The notes under the pieces: generated by a model
Database searches by the model: none
What the model was told of the DNA's origin: nothing
Seen by the model: the letters and a program-made list of their open reading frames with translations, nothing else
Shown: positions 30,702-40,881 of the stretch, piece after piece
Position numbering within the stretch: the stretch's first letter is position 1
How the letters are laid out: the number at the start of each line of letters is the position of its first letter
Assembly (NCBI GenBank): GCA_965243025.1
Contig: CBDETY010000003.1
Location: 1,504,001 to 1,568,000, forward strand
Reading direction: 5' to 3'
Length of the DNA stretch: 64,000 nt
From: Candidatus Latescibacterota bacterium
GTDB lineage: Bacteria > Latescibacterota > UBA2968 > UBA8231
Made by a program: the position numbers and the translations under genes

Positions 30702-31301
30702 TCAGGCTTCCGAGATGCGCTCCCGCAAGCGGTCGCAGATGAGGTGCTCGATGGCCAGGTGGAAGGATTCGACCTGCGGCGTCGAGTCGACGGGGACGAC
30801 GATGCAGACGTCGGACATCTGTTTCAGGGCGCCGCCGTCGAAGCCGCTGAGGCCTATGGTGCGGGCCCCGCGTTCCCTGGCCAGCCCCAGGGCGCGCAGC
30901 AGGTTCTGCGACCAGGCGCCGGCGTTCCCTTCCCCGGAACCGCCGTGAACGCTGATGAGGATGAGCACGTCCCCCGGGGAGACGAACGGCGCCAGCTGCT
31001 CGGCGTACACCGAGGCCGGGCCCTCGTCGTTCATCAGGGCGCTGTAGATCGGCATGTTGTCGGTCAGAGCCATGACCCGGAACCGCTTCTTTCCCGCCGC
31101 CGCCGTCCACTTGGCGAGGTCGCAGGCGAAGTGCGAGGCGGTCGAGGAGGACCCCCCGTTGCCGGCGATGTACACCGTCGCCGAGTTCTGCCAGGCCTCG
31201 AAAAGAAGGTCGATCGCCGCGGATATCTCCTGCCGCGGCAGGTCGTCGATTACCGAGGCCATCGTCCCGAGGTAGTCCTCGATGTAGCCGTGATTGTCCA
31301 T
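30702..31301 (-). CDS. gmhA: SIS-domain phosphoheptose isomerase-like protein
   Basis: AGNGGSSSTASHFACD, NDEG, GDVLILIS, GFDGG, VESFH. Confidence 0.8.
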   Translation of the reverse strand: MDNHGYIEDYLGTMASVIDDLPRQEISAAIDLLFEAWQNSATVYIAGNGGSSSTASHFACDLAKWTAAAGKKRFRVMALTDNMPIYSALMNDEGPASVYAEQLAPFVSPGDVLILISVHGGSGEGNAGAWSQNLLRALGLARERGARTIGLSGFDGGALKQMSDVCIVVPVDSTPQVESFHLAIEHLICDRLRERISEA

Positions 31302-31324
31302 TTTCGCTTTTCCCGACGCCGTTC

Positions 31325-32314
31325 TCAGGCGTTCATCAGAACCTTGGCGCCGTCCCTGTCGAACTGGAAGCGCATTTCCCTGAGCCCTTCGCCCTCCATC
31401 CTCCGGCGCAGCTCGGCCCGGTGATCGGCCGGGCAGTAGAACATCAGGAAACCGCCGCCGCCGGCTCCCAGCAGCTTTCCCCCCAGGGCTCCGGCGCGCC
31501 GCCCCGAATCGTACCAGCTGTCGATGACGCCGCTCGACATGTTGCCGGAACGCAGCTTCTTCGTCTCCCAGTGGCTGTGGAGGAGGTCCCCGAAGCGGTC
31601 GAGCTCGCCGCCCTCGAGGGCCCGCCGGATCTCGAGGCCGATCCGCTTGACCTCGTGAAGGCTGTCGATGACCTGCGCGTTCCCCCTGCGGGTGTCGGTC
31701 TCCTGCTGCTTGAGCAGGTCGAAACTCTCGCGCTCGATCCCGGTGTAGAACAGAAGCATGCTGTTGCGCAGCTCCTCCCGCGTGTGCAGATCGAGCTCGA
31801 GGGTCGAGACCGCAACCTTCCCTTCGGTATCGATTTCGAGAAGGGTAACTCCGCCGAAAGCGGCGAGATAGTGGTCCTGCTTGCCGGCCGGCTGCCCGGC
31901 GCGCACCGCCTCGACGTGATGGGCCTGTTCGGCCAGCTCCTGGCGCGGCACGCGCTCGAGCTTGTGCTCGTAGAGCGCCTCGAGCAGGGCCACGGTGAAG
32001 GCCCCGGAGGATCCCATGCCGGTGCGGCCCGGGAGATCGGCCATGGCGCTGATCTCGATGCCGCCCCCCGCGCCGGTGTGGAGCAGCGACTCGCGCAGCA
32101 GGGGATGCTCGATTTCGGAGGGGCGGTCGACCCTTTCGGTGCGCGAGTACTTGACGCGGATGAACCCCTCCACCTGCAGCTTGTTGAGCTGGATGTAGAC
32201 GTACTTGTCGATTCCGACGCTGAGCACGAAGCCGCCGTGCTCGCGGTAGTAGGAAGGCAGGTCGGTGCCGCCTCCTCCCAGCGGGATGCGGAAGGGGGCC
32301 CTGGTGGTGATCAA
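31325..32314 (-). CDS. hddA: GHMP kinase, D-glycero-alpha-D-manno-heptose-7-phosphate kinase-like
   Basis: RAPFRIPLGGGGTDLP, PGRTGMGSSG, GKQD, LLFYTG, GGKLLGAGGGGF. Confidence 0.8.
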   Translation of the reverse strand: MITTRAPFRIPLGGGGTDLPSYYREHGGFVLSVGIDKYVYIQLNKLQVEGFIRVKYSRTERVDRPSEIEHPLLRESLLHTGAGGGIEISAMADLPGRTGMGSSGAFTVALLEALYEHKLERVPRQELAEQAHHVEAVRAGQPAGKQDHYLAAFGGVTLLEIDTEGKVAVSTLELDLHTREELRNSMLLFYTGIERESFDLLKQQETDTRRGNAQVIDSLHEVKRIGLEIRRALEGGELDRFGDLLHSHWETKKLRSGNMSSGVIDSWYDSGRRAGALGGKLLGAGGGGFLMFYCPADHRAELRRRMEGEGLREMRFQFDRDGAKVLMNA

Positions 32315-32393
32315 TCCCGAGATCCGAGGGCGGTGCCGGTCGTCGCCAGCTGGCGGCCCGGCGATGGAAGGTGCAGGTCGAATCGAATAGAAG

Positions 32394-33512
32394 TCAGCCG
32401 CGGGACGTGCGCAAGATTCCCCGACGGCGCATTTCCTCCGAGCTGCCGGCGTAGTAGTCGGCGCTTCCGGTCGCGCGCGCCCGCACCCAGTCGACGTACG
32501 CCGAGAGGATCTCCTCGAGAGATTTCTCGGCGCGCCACCCCAGGCTGGAGAGCCTGGCCGCCGACGAGGCGGTGTGGCGGGTGTCGCCGAAGCGGTATTC
32601 CCCAGACACCACCGGTTCGATCTGCTTGCCGCAGATGTTCCTCAGCAGCTCCGCCACTTCCGCCACGGTGTGGGCGCGCTGCCCGGCGACGTTGAAGGAC
32701 TGGAAGTCGGCGCGTCCGTCCTCGTAGGCGAGCAGGTTGGCCCGGGCGACGTCGCCGACGTACACGTAGTCGCGCAGCTGCCTGCCGTCCTCGTAACAGA
32801 TCGGCGGCTGGTCGTTGAGCAGCCTCAGGGTGAAGATGCGGGCGATGCCGGAATAGGCGTTGAAGAAGGAGTTGCGCGGTCCCTGGACGATGGAGTAGCG
32901 CATGTTTGCGACCGGGATTCCGTACTTGCGGCCGAGGCTCAGGGCGGTCATCTCGAGGGCGTACTTCGAGATCCCGTACGCCGTATGCGGATTGACCACC
33001 GCTTCCTCGATCGGGCGCGGGGTGGCGGGCGCCCCGCATTCGGAGCAGTGGATCTCCCAGTCGCCGCGAGCCAGGGCCTCCGCGGTCCGCGCCCCCGGGT
33101 AGAAGATGCCGTGCTCGCCGCAGTGATAGGTTCCCTCGCCGTACACCGCCTGTGACGATGCCAGCACCACCTTGGAGACAGGCAGCTTCCTGGCGACGAT
33201 GATCTCGAACAGCAGCGCCGTGCTCACCGTGTTGACGCGGTAGAAGGTGCTGAAGTCGGGCATGTAGTCCTGGTAGGCGGCAAGGTGGAACACCCCGTCG
33301 ACCCCTTCGAGAGCCGTCTCGAGATCGGCCCTTTCGCAGACGTCCCCGCGCAGTTTCTCGACTGTCTCAGGAAGGTATTCGGGCCAGCCCCCGGGATGGA
33401 CCCGGGGCTGGAGGCAGTCGAGGACGCGCACCTGGTAGCCGCGTTCGACGAGCAGGTCGACCGTGTGGGAGCCGATGAATCCGGCTCCTCCCGTAACCAG
33501 GATCCTGCTCAC
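32394..33512 (-). CDS. NAD-dependent nucleotide-sugar epimerase/dehydratase
   Basis: VTGGAGFIGSH, HLAA, ASSQAVYGEG, YGISK, EDGRQLRDYVYV, RFGDTRH. Confidence 0.92.
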   Translation of the reverse strand: MSRILVTGGAGFIGSHTVDLLVERGYQVRVLDCLQPRVHPGGWPEYLPETVEKLRGDVCERADLETALEGVDGVFHLAAYQDYMPDFSTFYRVNTVSTALLFEIIVARKLPVSKVVLASSQAVYGEGTYHCGEHGIFYPGARTAEALARGDWEIHCSECGAPATPRPIEEAVVNPHTAYGISKYALEMTALSLGRKYGIPVANMRYSIVQGPRNSFFNAYSGIARIFTLRLLNDQPPICYEDGRQLRDYVYVGDVARANLLAYEDGRADFQSFNVAGQRAHTVAEVAELLRNICGKQIEPVVSGEYRFGDTRHTASSAARLSSLGWRAEKSLEEILSAYVDWVRARATGSADYYAGSSEEMRRRGILRTSRG

Positions 33513-33646
33513 GGCAAGTTGGTAGTCCGGGGGGAAAGGCGAGATTGGGAAGGGGGGGAATACACGCGTTGGAACCCAGCCGCTGAAATCGCTCTAACTT
33601 TAGCGTCAATATAGACATAGGTATGGTCCGCGGCAATGCGGAGACG

Positions 33647-33676
33647 TTGACAGGCCGGGCGGGAAGCGCCTAGTTT
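33647..33676 (+). promoter_or_regulatory. Sigma70-like promoter for the SGNH-YfhO operon
   Basis: TTGACA-N18-TAGTTT. Confidence 0.5.
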
Positions 33677-33783
33677 TCGCCCCCTTCCGGACAACCTTCA
33701 CGCCATCGGTCGAGGCCGCGATCACACCGGATTCCGCGCACAATCACCCCACCGGCGGAGACTCATCCGCGGTTCGACGGTGG

Positions 33784-34914
33784 GTGAAAATCGGGGCGCT
33801 CTCCCTCTTCGGGCTGCTCTGCGGCCTGCTTCTCGCCGAGGCCATCCTCGCCCTGGCGGTCCCGCAACTGCACCGCCGGCCGCGTGCCTGGCAGTTCGAC
33901 AGCGAGCTGGGCTGGCGCCACGTTCCCGGGGCCCTCGGGAGGCTGGTGAGCCCCGAGTTCGACGTCGAGTACCGGATCAACTCGCGCGGTCTCCGCGACA
34001 GCGAGACCGACCCCTCTGAGGCGCGGGGGAAGCGCCTGGTTCTCCTCGGGGACTCGTTTGCCGAAGGCTGGGGGGTGGAGATCGGTCAGGCGGTCAGCGA
34101 ACAGCTCGAGGAGCGGCTCTCTTCGGGAGGAGTCCCGGGGGAGGTGTTCAACTTCGGGGTGGCCGGGTACGGGACCGATCAGCAGCTGCTGCTGTTCGAG
34201 CGCCACCGGCGCGCCTACGCCCCCGATATCGTCCTGCTGCTGTTTTACGGAAACGACCTCTGGAACAACGCCCTCGACCGTGGAATCGGCATCGAGAGGG
34301 GGTTCAAGCCGCGATTCGTCCTCGGTCCGGGAAACAGCCTGAGGCTGACCGGGGTACCGGTGCGGCGCACCCGCTACTGGGACTTCGACGCGCAGCTTCC
34401 CCTCGACCGGCGCGTCTCGAGGTACGCGTTCGAGCACTGGCACCTCGCCGCCCTCCTTCACAAGGCCTTCTCGCAGGAGGTTCCCGCAGCCCAGCGGCGG
34501 GATTTCTATCTCGGCCTGTACGGTACCGGCGCGGACGCGGAGCGGTTCGAGAAAGCCTGGAGAACCACCGCGCGGCTGCTGCTCGAGCTCGACACCCGGG
34601 TTCGCGGCGCCGGCGCCAGGCTGCTTGTGGTGTACGTCCCGGCGATCGTCCAGATCGAGCCGGAGGACTGGCAGAACAAGATCTTCCGGTTCGGGCTGCT
34701 CGAGGAGGAGTACGCCCTAGACAAACCGAACCGGCGGCTGGCCGGGGCCGCGGCCGGGCACGGGATTCCCTTTCTCGACCTGTCGCCGGCGTTCCTCGCC
34801 TCCGCGGTCACCGAAACCCTCTTCCACAGGGACAGCCACTGGAACGCCGCCGGGCACGCCCTGGCTGCCGACACCATCGCCGGGTTCCTGTACGAACAGT
34901 CCTGGCTGCGGTGA
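33784..34914 (+). CDS. Membrane-anchored SGNH/GDSL (AlgJ/AlgX-like) acetylesterase or acetyltransferase
   Basis: N-terminal TM helix, INSRGLR, LGDSFAEG, NFGVAGYG, GND, DSHWNAAGH. Confidence 0.85.
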   Translation: MKIGALSLFGLLCGLLLAEAILALAVPQLHRRPRAWQFDSELGWRHVPGALGRLVSPEFDVEYRINSRGLRDSETDPSEARGKRLVLLGDSFAEGWGVEIGQAVSEQLEERLSSGGVPGEVFNFGVAGYGTDQQLLLFERHRRAYAPDIVLLLFYGNDLWNNALDRGIGIERGFKPRFVLGPGNSLRLTGVPVRRTRYWDFDAQLPLDRRVSRYAFEHWHLAALLHKAFSQEVPAAQRRDFYLGLYGTGADAERFEKAWRTTARLLLELDTRVRGAGARLLVVYVPAIVQIEPEDWQNKIFRFGLLEEEYALDKPNRRLAGAAAGHGIPFLDLSPAFLASAVTETLFHRDSHWNAAGHALAADTIAGFLYEQSWLR

Positions 34915-34962
34915 AAGCGGTGTCCCCCGAACCCCTCCGCCGCTCCAGCCGCTGAAGACCCG

Positions 34963-37467
34963 ATGGCGAAATCCGCCGCCTCGATTCTGCTGCTCGCCCT
35001 CGCGGTGGCCCTGTATTTCCGGGAGGCGTTGACCCTTCAGGGGGCGTTCTTCGTCCAGGACGTCATGGTCCAGAACTACCCCTTCCGCCATTTCTGTTCC
35101 GAGGCGCTGAGGCAGCTCGAGCTGCCTCTCTGGCACCCGGGAATCAATGGCGGCTTCCCCCTGTTCGCCGAGGGCCAGGCGGGAGTCCTGTATCCGTTCA
35201 ATCTGCTGACCGCGCTGCTGCTTTCCACCTGGGTGGGCATCAGCTGCAACGTGGTCTTTCACCTCTGGCTCGGGGGGGCGGGGACCTTCGCCTACCTGCG
35301 TCTGATCGGCGCCGGCAGGGCGGGGGCGCTGACCGGGGGACTGACCTTCGCCCTCAGCGGTTACGCCGTGGTTCGCGCCATGTCGCAGAACTTCGTCGAC
35401 GTCATGGCCTGGATGCCCTTCCTGTTCGCCGCCTTCGAGCTCGCGGCGCGCCGGCGCAGCCGCCGCTGGCTGGGTCTCGCCGCCGCGGTCTTGGCCCTGC
35501 AACTGCTGGCCGGCCACCCCCAGGCAGCGCTCTACAGCGCCGCGGCGGCCTTTCTCTACGCCCTGTACCGGGGTCTCGGGATGAGGAGCTCCGGAGACGG
35601 CCGCGGACCCGCTTCGCCGACCGCGGTCTGGGCCGCCGCGGTCGCCGGAACCTTCGCCCTCGGCGCCGGGATGGCCGCGGTGCAGCTGGTGCCGACCTGG
35701 GAGCTGGTGCAGCTTTCGGGGCGCTCCGAAGGCCTCGACTACAGGCAGTTCGCCAGTATGTCGCTGCCCCCCGAGCGCCTCGTCTGCCTGCTGCTGCCCG
35801 ACTTCTTCGGCAACTCGGCAACCGGTTCCTACTGGGGGAGGGATGCCGGTTTCTTCATCCAGCTGTGTCCCTACGTCGGGGTGCTGCCGCTGTTGCTCGC
35901 GGTCCTGGCCCTGCGCGGAAACCGCAACCGCCACGCCCCTTTCTTCGCCGCCCTCGCCGCCGCCGCCCTGCTGCTCTCCCTGGGCAGGTACACCGTCCTC
36001 TACGAGATCCTCTACGAGCTGCCCGGGCTGAGCTTCTTCAGGATCCCGACGCGCTTCCTGCTCTGGTGGGCGTTCGCCGCCGCGGTGCTTGCCGGCCTCG
36101 GCCTCGACCGGCTCTGCAGCGGCGGGCACCGGAGATGGTGGCTGGGTTCGCTGCTGGCGGCCGCCCTCGCCGCCGCCCTCGCCGCGGGCGTCAACCTCGA
36201 CTTCGCAGGTCCCTCCTCAGGCACCGAGGCGGCTGCCGCCGGCCGCTACCGGGAGGACCTCTCCTCCGACCTGACGCGCTGCGGCCTCGTTCTCGCCGCG
36301 GCGGTGCCGCTCGGTTTCCTGGCCGGTCCCGGGCGGCGCCGGCGCCAGGTGGGGTGGGTTGTGCCCATGGTGCTGTTCGTCGACCTCGCCGATTTCGGCC
36401 GGGACTTCAACGGCGTTATCGAACCGGCGGCGTACCTCGAGCCGCCGCGGACAGCGCAGCGCATCCTCGCCGCGGCCCCCCCGGATTCGGCGGAGGCCGG
36501 TCTTCCGCATGCGGGGCGCTTCCGCGTCGCCAGCTTCGTGACCGAACGAGGCAGCGGACTCGACTGGCACAACGGGTGGGTTCACGACCTCGGCTCTTAC
36601 CGATCCTACCCCGAGACCCTGCGGATGTACACCGGCTCGCTCTACGGCCTGGCCAACACCCTGCCGGGATGGAGTCCCCTGCACCTGTCCCGGCACTGGG
36701 AGTTCGCCAGGGGGTATCCCGGGTTCCTGTCCCTCGCCAATGTCCGCTTCGTCGTCAACCACTCCCCGCTCCGGCAGGAGGGATTGCGGCTGGTGCACGG
36801 GGAGAAGCTGTTCCTGTACGAAAACAGCCGCGTCCTGCCTCGGGCCTTCCTGGTCGGGGACGCCAGGGTGATTGCCAGGCCCGCGGAGCGCCTGCGCTAC
36901 CTGCGCGGGAACCGGTTCAGGCCGGAGCGCGAGGTCGTCCTGGAAACGGCCCCGGAATCCCGGCCGGACCAGGCAGGGCTTTCCACTTCCGGACAGTTCC
37001 CGTCCGGGCGGTTTCCCGCCGGGGAGGCGCGCGTCACCCGCTACCAGCCGCGCCGGGTCGAGGTCGCCGTTGCGCCTGTCCGGCCGGGATTTCTCGTTCT
37101 GAGCGACAGCCACTACCCGGGTTGGCGGGTGTCCGTCGACGGGGAGGAGAGGCCGCTGCTTCCCGCCAACCACGTCTTCCGCGCCGTCGAGGTAGGGCCC
37201 GGCGACCGCAATGTGGTCTTCAGTTTCGAGCCGGCCAGCTTCCGCATCGGCGCCGCGGTGAGCATCGCCGCCCTGCTCCTCTGGGCCGGTGTCGCCTTCG
37301 CCGGACGGGGCCGGGTTCCCTGGGCGGCGGGGGAGCCCCCGGAAGGGGGCCGCATTCTCTCCTGGACCTGGCAGATCCTGATGATCCTGCTGCTTCACGC
37401 GGCGGTCAGGCAGTGGCCCCTTTGGGCCGGGATGCTCGACCGCTGCCGCGCCCCTGCGGCTTTCTGA
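34963..37467 (+). CDS. YfhO-family multi-pass membrane protein (GT-C glycosyltransferase-like)
   Basis: QDV..QNYP, LPLWHP..GGFP, AGHPQ, FFRIPTRF, LPRAF, LVLSDSHYPGW, ANHVFRAV, and many TM segments. Confidence 0.88.
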   Translation: MAKSAASILLLALAVALYFREALTLQGAFFVQDVMVQNYPFRHFCSEALRQLELPLWHPGINGGFPLFAEGQAGVLYPFNLLTALLLSTWVGISCNVVFHLWLGGAGTFAYLRLIGAGRAGALTGGLTFALSGYAVVRAMSQNFVDVMAWMPFLFAAFELAARRRSRRWLGLAAAVLALQLLAGHPQAALYSAAAAFLYALYRGLGMRSSGDGRGPASPTAVWAAAVAGTFALGAGMAAVQLVPTWELVQLSGRSEGLDYRQFASMSLPPERLVCLLLPDFFGNSATGSYWGRDAGFFIQLCPYVGVLPLLLAVLALRGNRNRHAPFFAALAAAALLLSLGRYTVLYEILYELPGLSFFRIPTRFLLWWAFAAAVLAGLGLDRLCSGGHRRWWLGSLLAAALAAALAAGVNLDFAGPSSGTEAAAAGRYREDLSSDLTRCGLVLAAAVPLGFLAGPGRRRRQVGWVVPMVLFVDLADFGRDFNGVIEPAAYLEPPRTAQRILAAAPPDSAEAGLPHAGRFRVASFVTERGSGLDWHNGWVHDLGSYRSYPETLRMYTGSLYGLANTLPGWSPLHLSRHWEFARGYPGFLSLANVRFVVNHSPLRQEGLRLVHGEKLFLYENSRVLPRAFLVGDARVIARPAERLRYLRGNRFRPEREVVLETAPESRPDQAGLSTSGQFPSGRFPAGEARVTRYQPRRVEVAVAPVRPGFLVLSDSHYPGWRVSVDGEERPLLPANHVFRAVEVGPGDRNVVFSFEPASFRIGAAVSIAALLLWAGVAFAGRGRVPWAAGEPPEGGRILSWTWQILMILLLHAAVRQWPLWAGMLDRCRAPAAF

Positions 37468-37512
37468 CCGGATTTTCGGGTTTCGACAGCAGAGAGAGGC
37501 AGAGGCGGCCGG

Positions 37513-39504
37513 TCAGCCGTTGCCGGCCGCGGCGCCCGCTATGGCGGCGATCGCTTCGGGGTTCACCAGGCTGGAGGTGTCCCCGGGATCCTCGCCGAGC
37601 CAGGCGCTGCGGATGACGCGGCGCATCACCTTGGCGTTGCGGGTCTTCGGGAGGTCCGGCACGAACAGCAGATCCCCGGGCCGCATCGGTTTGCCCAGCT
37701 CCGCGGCGACCTCGTCGAGCAGCTCCTGTCTGAGCTCCGCGTCAGCGGCGATTCCCGGCACCGGAACGCAGAAGCAGACGACGTCGGTTCCCTTGACCGG
37801 GTGGGGGACCCCGACGGCTCCGGCCTCGACGACCGCGGGGTGGTCGACGAGGACCGACTCGTACTCGGCGGGGCCGAGGCGCTTGCCGGCGACGAGAATG
37901 ATGTCGTCGGAGCGGCCGAGGATGTACCAGGACCCGTCGCCGTCGACGGCGGCCCAGTCGCCGTGCACCCAGACGTCCGGCCAGCGCGACCAGTAGGTCT
38001 GCAGGTAGCGCTCCTCGTCGTTCCAGAAGCCGCGGGTCATGCCGATCCAGGGGGCGCGCACCACCAGCTCCCCGACTTCGCCGCGGAGCGGTTCGCCGTC
38101 GTCGCCGGCCACGTCGGCGGCCATGCCGGGACAGGGGCCGGAAAAAGCGGTCGGCTTGGACGGCTGCAGCAGGTTGCCCATGAGGATGCCGCCGCTGATC
38201 TCGGTGCCCCCCGAGTAGTTGACGATGGGCAGCCGGCTTTCCCCCGCGACTTCGAACAGCCAGTTCCAGGGGGCGGGGTTCCACGGCTCCCCGGTGGAGG
38301 CGAAGAGCCTCAGGGATGAGAGGTCGCGCTTTTTCACCGGCTCCTCCCCGTGCGGTATGAGGCTGCGCACGAGAGTGGGTGAGAGCCCGAGAATCCCGAT
38401 TCCCCGCGTTTCCACCAGCCTCCAGAGGCGGTCGGGCCCGGGATAGTCGGGGGCGCCGTCGTAGATGACGCAGGTCGCTCCCAGCAGGGCGGACCCGAAG
38501 ACCAGCCACGGTCCCATCATCCAGCCCATGTCCGTCACCCAGTGAACGACATCCCCGGGCCGCACGTCGGTTCCGAAGCACATGTCCTGCGCCGCCTTGA
38601 TCGGGAACCCGCAATGGGTGTGGACCGCCCCCTTGGGCCTTCCGGTGGTTCCCGAGGTGTAGATGAGCATCAGCACGTCCTCGGCCGCGGTCGGCTCCGG
38701 CGCGCATGCCTGCGGCCGGCCGGCGAGCAGCTCGTGCCACCAGTGATCGCGCCCCCCGGCCATTTCGACGCTCTCGCCGGGCAGGGAGAGGTGGCGGACG
38801 ACGACCACGTGGCGGACGCCGGGGGCATGTCTCAGGGCCTCGTCCGCGGTCTCTTTCAGCGGCACGGGCCTTCCCCGCCGGCGGGTGCCGTCGGCGGTTA
38901 TCAGGGCCCTGGCCCCGGCGTCGTTGAGGCGGTCGGCGACCGCCCCGGCTCCGAAGCCGGAGAACAGCGGCAGCAGGATCGCCCCGATGCGGGCGGCGGC
39001 GAACAGGGCGATGACGATCTCGGCCGACATCGGCAGGTACAGGCCGACGACGTCCCCCTTGCCCAGGCCCAGGGAGCGCAGCGCGTTGGCGCAGCGGCCG
39101 ACCTCGTCCGCCAGCTCGCCGTAGGTGAGGCTCGCCGCGGCCCCCTCCTCGTCCTCGGCGACCAGGGCGGTCCGCCGCGCCGTTTCGGGGTCGGCGAGCC
39201 ACTTGTCGAGGCAGCTTTCGACGATGTTGAGCTCGCCGCCGACACACCAGCGCGCAAAAGGCATTCCCCGGGAAAGGTCGAGGATCTGCGTCCAGGGCCT
39301 GGCGAAGCGGATGTCGAGGAACTCGATGACCCGCTCGGTGAACCAGCCGACGTCTTCGGTGGAGCGCCGCTGCAGCTCTTCGAGAGAGCCGGCGCCGGCG
39401 TCCTCCATGAAGGCCGCGAGGTTGCTGCCGGCGACCAGTTCCGGATCCGGACTCCAGACGAAATCGAAATTCTCCGGCCCCGGCGCGGGCGCGGTGTCGC
39501 TCAT
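37513..39504 (-). CDS. Acetate/acyl-CoA ligase (AMP-forming)
   Basis: IYTSGTTGRPKG, DMGWMMG, STGEPW, SGGTE, WVHGD, GRSDD, LPKTRNAK. ATG at 39504. Confidence 0.92.
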   Translation of the reverse strand: MSDTAPAPGPENFDFVWSPDPELVAGSNLAAFMEDAGAGSLEELQRRSTEDVGWFTERVIEFLDIRFARPWTQILDLSRGMPFARWCVGGELNIVESCLDKWLADPETARRTALVAEDEEGAAASLTYGELADEVGRCANALRSLGLGKGDVVGLYLPMSAEIVIALFAAARIGAILLPLFSGFGAGAVADRLNDAGARALITADGTRRRGRPVPLKETADEALRHAPGVRHVVVVRHLSLPGESVEMAGGRDHWWHELLAGRPQACAPEPTAAEDVLMLIYTSGTTGRPKGAVHTHCGFPIKAAQDMCFGTDVRPGDVVHWVTDMGWMMGPWLVFGSALLGATCVIYDGAPDYPGPDRLWRLVETRGIGILGLSPTLVRSLIPHGEEPVKKRDLSSLRLFASTGEPWNPAPWNWLFEVAGESRLPIVNYSGGTEISGGILMGNLLQPSKPTAFSGPCPGMAADVAGDDGEPLRGEVGELVVRAPWIGMTRGFWNDEERYLQTYWSRWPDVWVHGDWAAVDGDGSWYILGRSDDIILVAGKRLGPAEYESVLVDHPAVVEAGAVGVPHPVKGTDVVCFCVPVPGIAADAELRQELLDEVAAELGKPMRPGDLLFVPDLPKTRNAKVMRRVIRSAWLGEDPGDTSSLVNPEAIAAIAGAAAGNG

Positions 39505-39518
39505 GGAATCACCGGGTG

Positions 39519-40643
39519 TCACACCGCGTAGGCGACCGAGCCGTCCTCGGAGATCGGGGTGGTTCCGGTGTTCATCGGAGAGAAGGATTCGGCTGCGGCC
39601 TTTTCGTCGAGTTCCACCCCGAGACCGGGAGCCTCCGGGACAGGTATGAAGCCCCCCTCGCGGCGGTGGGCGCAGCGGTAGATCGCGTTCTTCGGGTCCT
39701 CGTCCCCCGTGGTGTACTCCTGGGTGACGAAGTTGGGGATGCTGGCGTCGAGGTGGAGGGAGGCGGCGGTCGTCAGCGGCCCGAGGAAGTTGTGGGTGAC
39801 CACCGCGCAGTGATAGGACTCGGCGATGGCGGCGATCTTCCTGCAGTGGGTAAGCCCGCCGGCGAGGGCGACGTCCGGCCGCACGTACTGGGGTCCTCCC
39901 GCCTCGAGCAGCTCGCGGAACTCCCAGACCGTGGTCAGGCGCTCGCCGTTGGCGATGGGCACGCTGGTGCGGCGGGCGATCTCCGCCTGCGACTGGATGC
40001 TGTCGATCTGGATCGGGTCTTCGAGGAAGTAGAGGTTGAACTGGGCCAGGGCCTCGGCCACGGCCAGAGCGGTGAGGGGGGTCAGCTTGCGGTGCACCTC
40101 GACGACGAGATCGAGATCCGGGCCGCCGGCTTCGCGCGCCGCCCCTGTCAGGGCCACGGCGTTGCCGACGATGCGGTCGAGGCCGCTGTCGGGATGCAGC
40201 GAGAGAATCGGGTCGAACTTGAGGGCGGTGAACCCTTCCGCCACGGCGCTGCGGGCGGTCTCCGCCATCGCTTCCGGTGTCGGCCCTCCGGCCATCAGAC
40301 AGAGGCGGATCCTGTCGCGGCAGCGCCCTCCGAGCAGCTCCCAGACCGGGACATCGAAACGCTTTCCCTTGATGTCCCACAGGGCGATGTCGATGGCGCT
40401 GAGAGCCCCGGCCACGGCGTTGCCGCGAAACGGGCTCATGCGGTAGAGGTGCTGCCAGTGGTGCTCGATGCGCAGCGGGTCCTGGCCGACGAGGTAGCGG
40501 CCGAAGGCGTCGACGACCCGTTCGACCGCTTCCGGATACCCCCAGCACGCGGTCTGCCCGAGGCCGGTCAGCCCGGTGTCGGTGTGGACTCTCACCAGGT
40601 AGTTCCTGCCGATGTAGAGGGACTCGAGGCGATCGATTTTCAT
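39519..40643 (-). CDS. Galactonate dehydratase-like enolase-superfamily protein
   Basis: GQDPLRIEHHWQ, AIDIALWDIKGK, KFDP, EVH, LEDP, ANGER, VRPD. ATG at 40643. Confidence 0.88.
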   Translation of the reverse strand: MKIDRLESLYIGRNYLVRVHTDTGLTGLGQTACWGYPEAVERVVDAFGRYLVGQDPLRIEHHWQHLYRMSPFRGNAVAGALSAIDIALWDIKGKRFDVPVWELLGGRCRDRIRLCLMAGGPTPEAMAETARSAVAEGFTALKFDPILSLHPDSGLDRIVGNAVALTGAAREAGGPDLDLVVEVHRKLTPLTALAVAEALAQFNLYFLEDPIQIDSIQSQAEIARRTSVPIANGERLTTVWEFRELLEAGGPQYVRPDVALAGGLTHCRKIAAIAESYHCAVVTHNFLGPLTTAASLHLDASIPNFVTQEYTTGDEDPKNAIYRCAHRREGGFIPVPEAPGLGVELDEKAAAESFSPMNTGTTPISEDGSVAYAV

Positions 40644-40700
40644 CTTTTCTCCACCGTATTTCCGGTCTGGAAAGGCCCCAAACGGGTCGGCCGCGGGCGG

Positions 40701-40730
40701 TTGAATGCCTGCGGGGAGGGCGGCTATATT
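40701..40730 (+). promoter_or_regulatory. Sigma70-like promoter for the SDR-pabB-DegT-ABC run
   Basis: TTGAAT-N18-TATATT. Confidence 0.5.
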
Positions 40731-40881
40731 ATCGTCCCTGTCAGCCGGCGGCAAATGCGGTCCGGGCCCCCACCCGTATCCACCGATCGCCCGGCTGGAC
40801 CCCGATGAGCGGCCTTCGACACCGGCCGATTCCGCAGCCCTTTCACATCCCAACCTTTCGGACCCGCAGACCGGAAACCCC

